Positions 63,872-64,000 of a stretch of DNA of 64,000 bases are shown here, one piece after another. Positions within the stretch are counted from its first letter, which is position 1. Every line of letters begins with the position of its first letter. Both the position numbers and the translations under genes were made by a program. Origin of the DNA: Camelus ferus (taxonomy: Eukaryota); assembly GCF_009834535.1 (NCBI RefSeq), contig NC_045696.1, positions 92,258,001 through 92,322,000 of the forward strand, given 5' to 3'. The notes beneath the pieces were generated by a model. The model saw only the letters and a program-made list of their open reading frames with translations, did not search any database and was not told the origin of the DNA.

Positions 63872-64000
63872 CTAATTAAAAGCAAAAATAAACAGATGGG
63901 ACCTAATTAAATTATAAGCTTTTGCACAGCAAAGGAAACCATAAACAAAACGAAAAGACAGCCTACAGAATGGGAGAAAATACTTGCAAATGATTCGACT
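63872..64000 (+). mobile_element. Relatively young LINE-1 ORF2 fragment, running off the window
   Basis: Reads IKAKINRWDLIK / ISFCTAKETINKTKRQPTEWEKILAND (one frameshift), the L1 ORF2 C-terminal region. Confidence 0.92.

Overview
Mammalian genomic DNA, most likely camelid. It carries a Vic-1-type tRNA-derived SINE at ~59.4 kb and artiodactyl-type L1 3' ends, and I saw no Alu, Bov-tA/BovB, PRE-1 or Can-SINE. I recognise no protein-coding exon, RNA gene or known miRNA. The ORF track is almost entirely chance or repeat-derived ORFs. The window is a mosaic of old interspersed repeats (L2, MIR, L1MC/ME, hAT DNA-transposon MITEs, ERV1 and MaLR solo LTRs), younger L1 tails and microsatellites, with repeat-poor islands carrying regulatory-looking motif clusters. 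The strongest large-scale signal is that every L1 and most LTRs lie on the + strand, which suggests the window is inside a large intron or transcription unit on the - strand. I found no convincing novel system, and the findings are hypotheses. Repeat family names come from recalled consensus sequences, and boundaries of old repeats are approximate (tens of bp).
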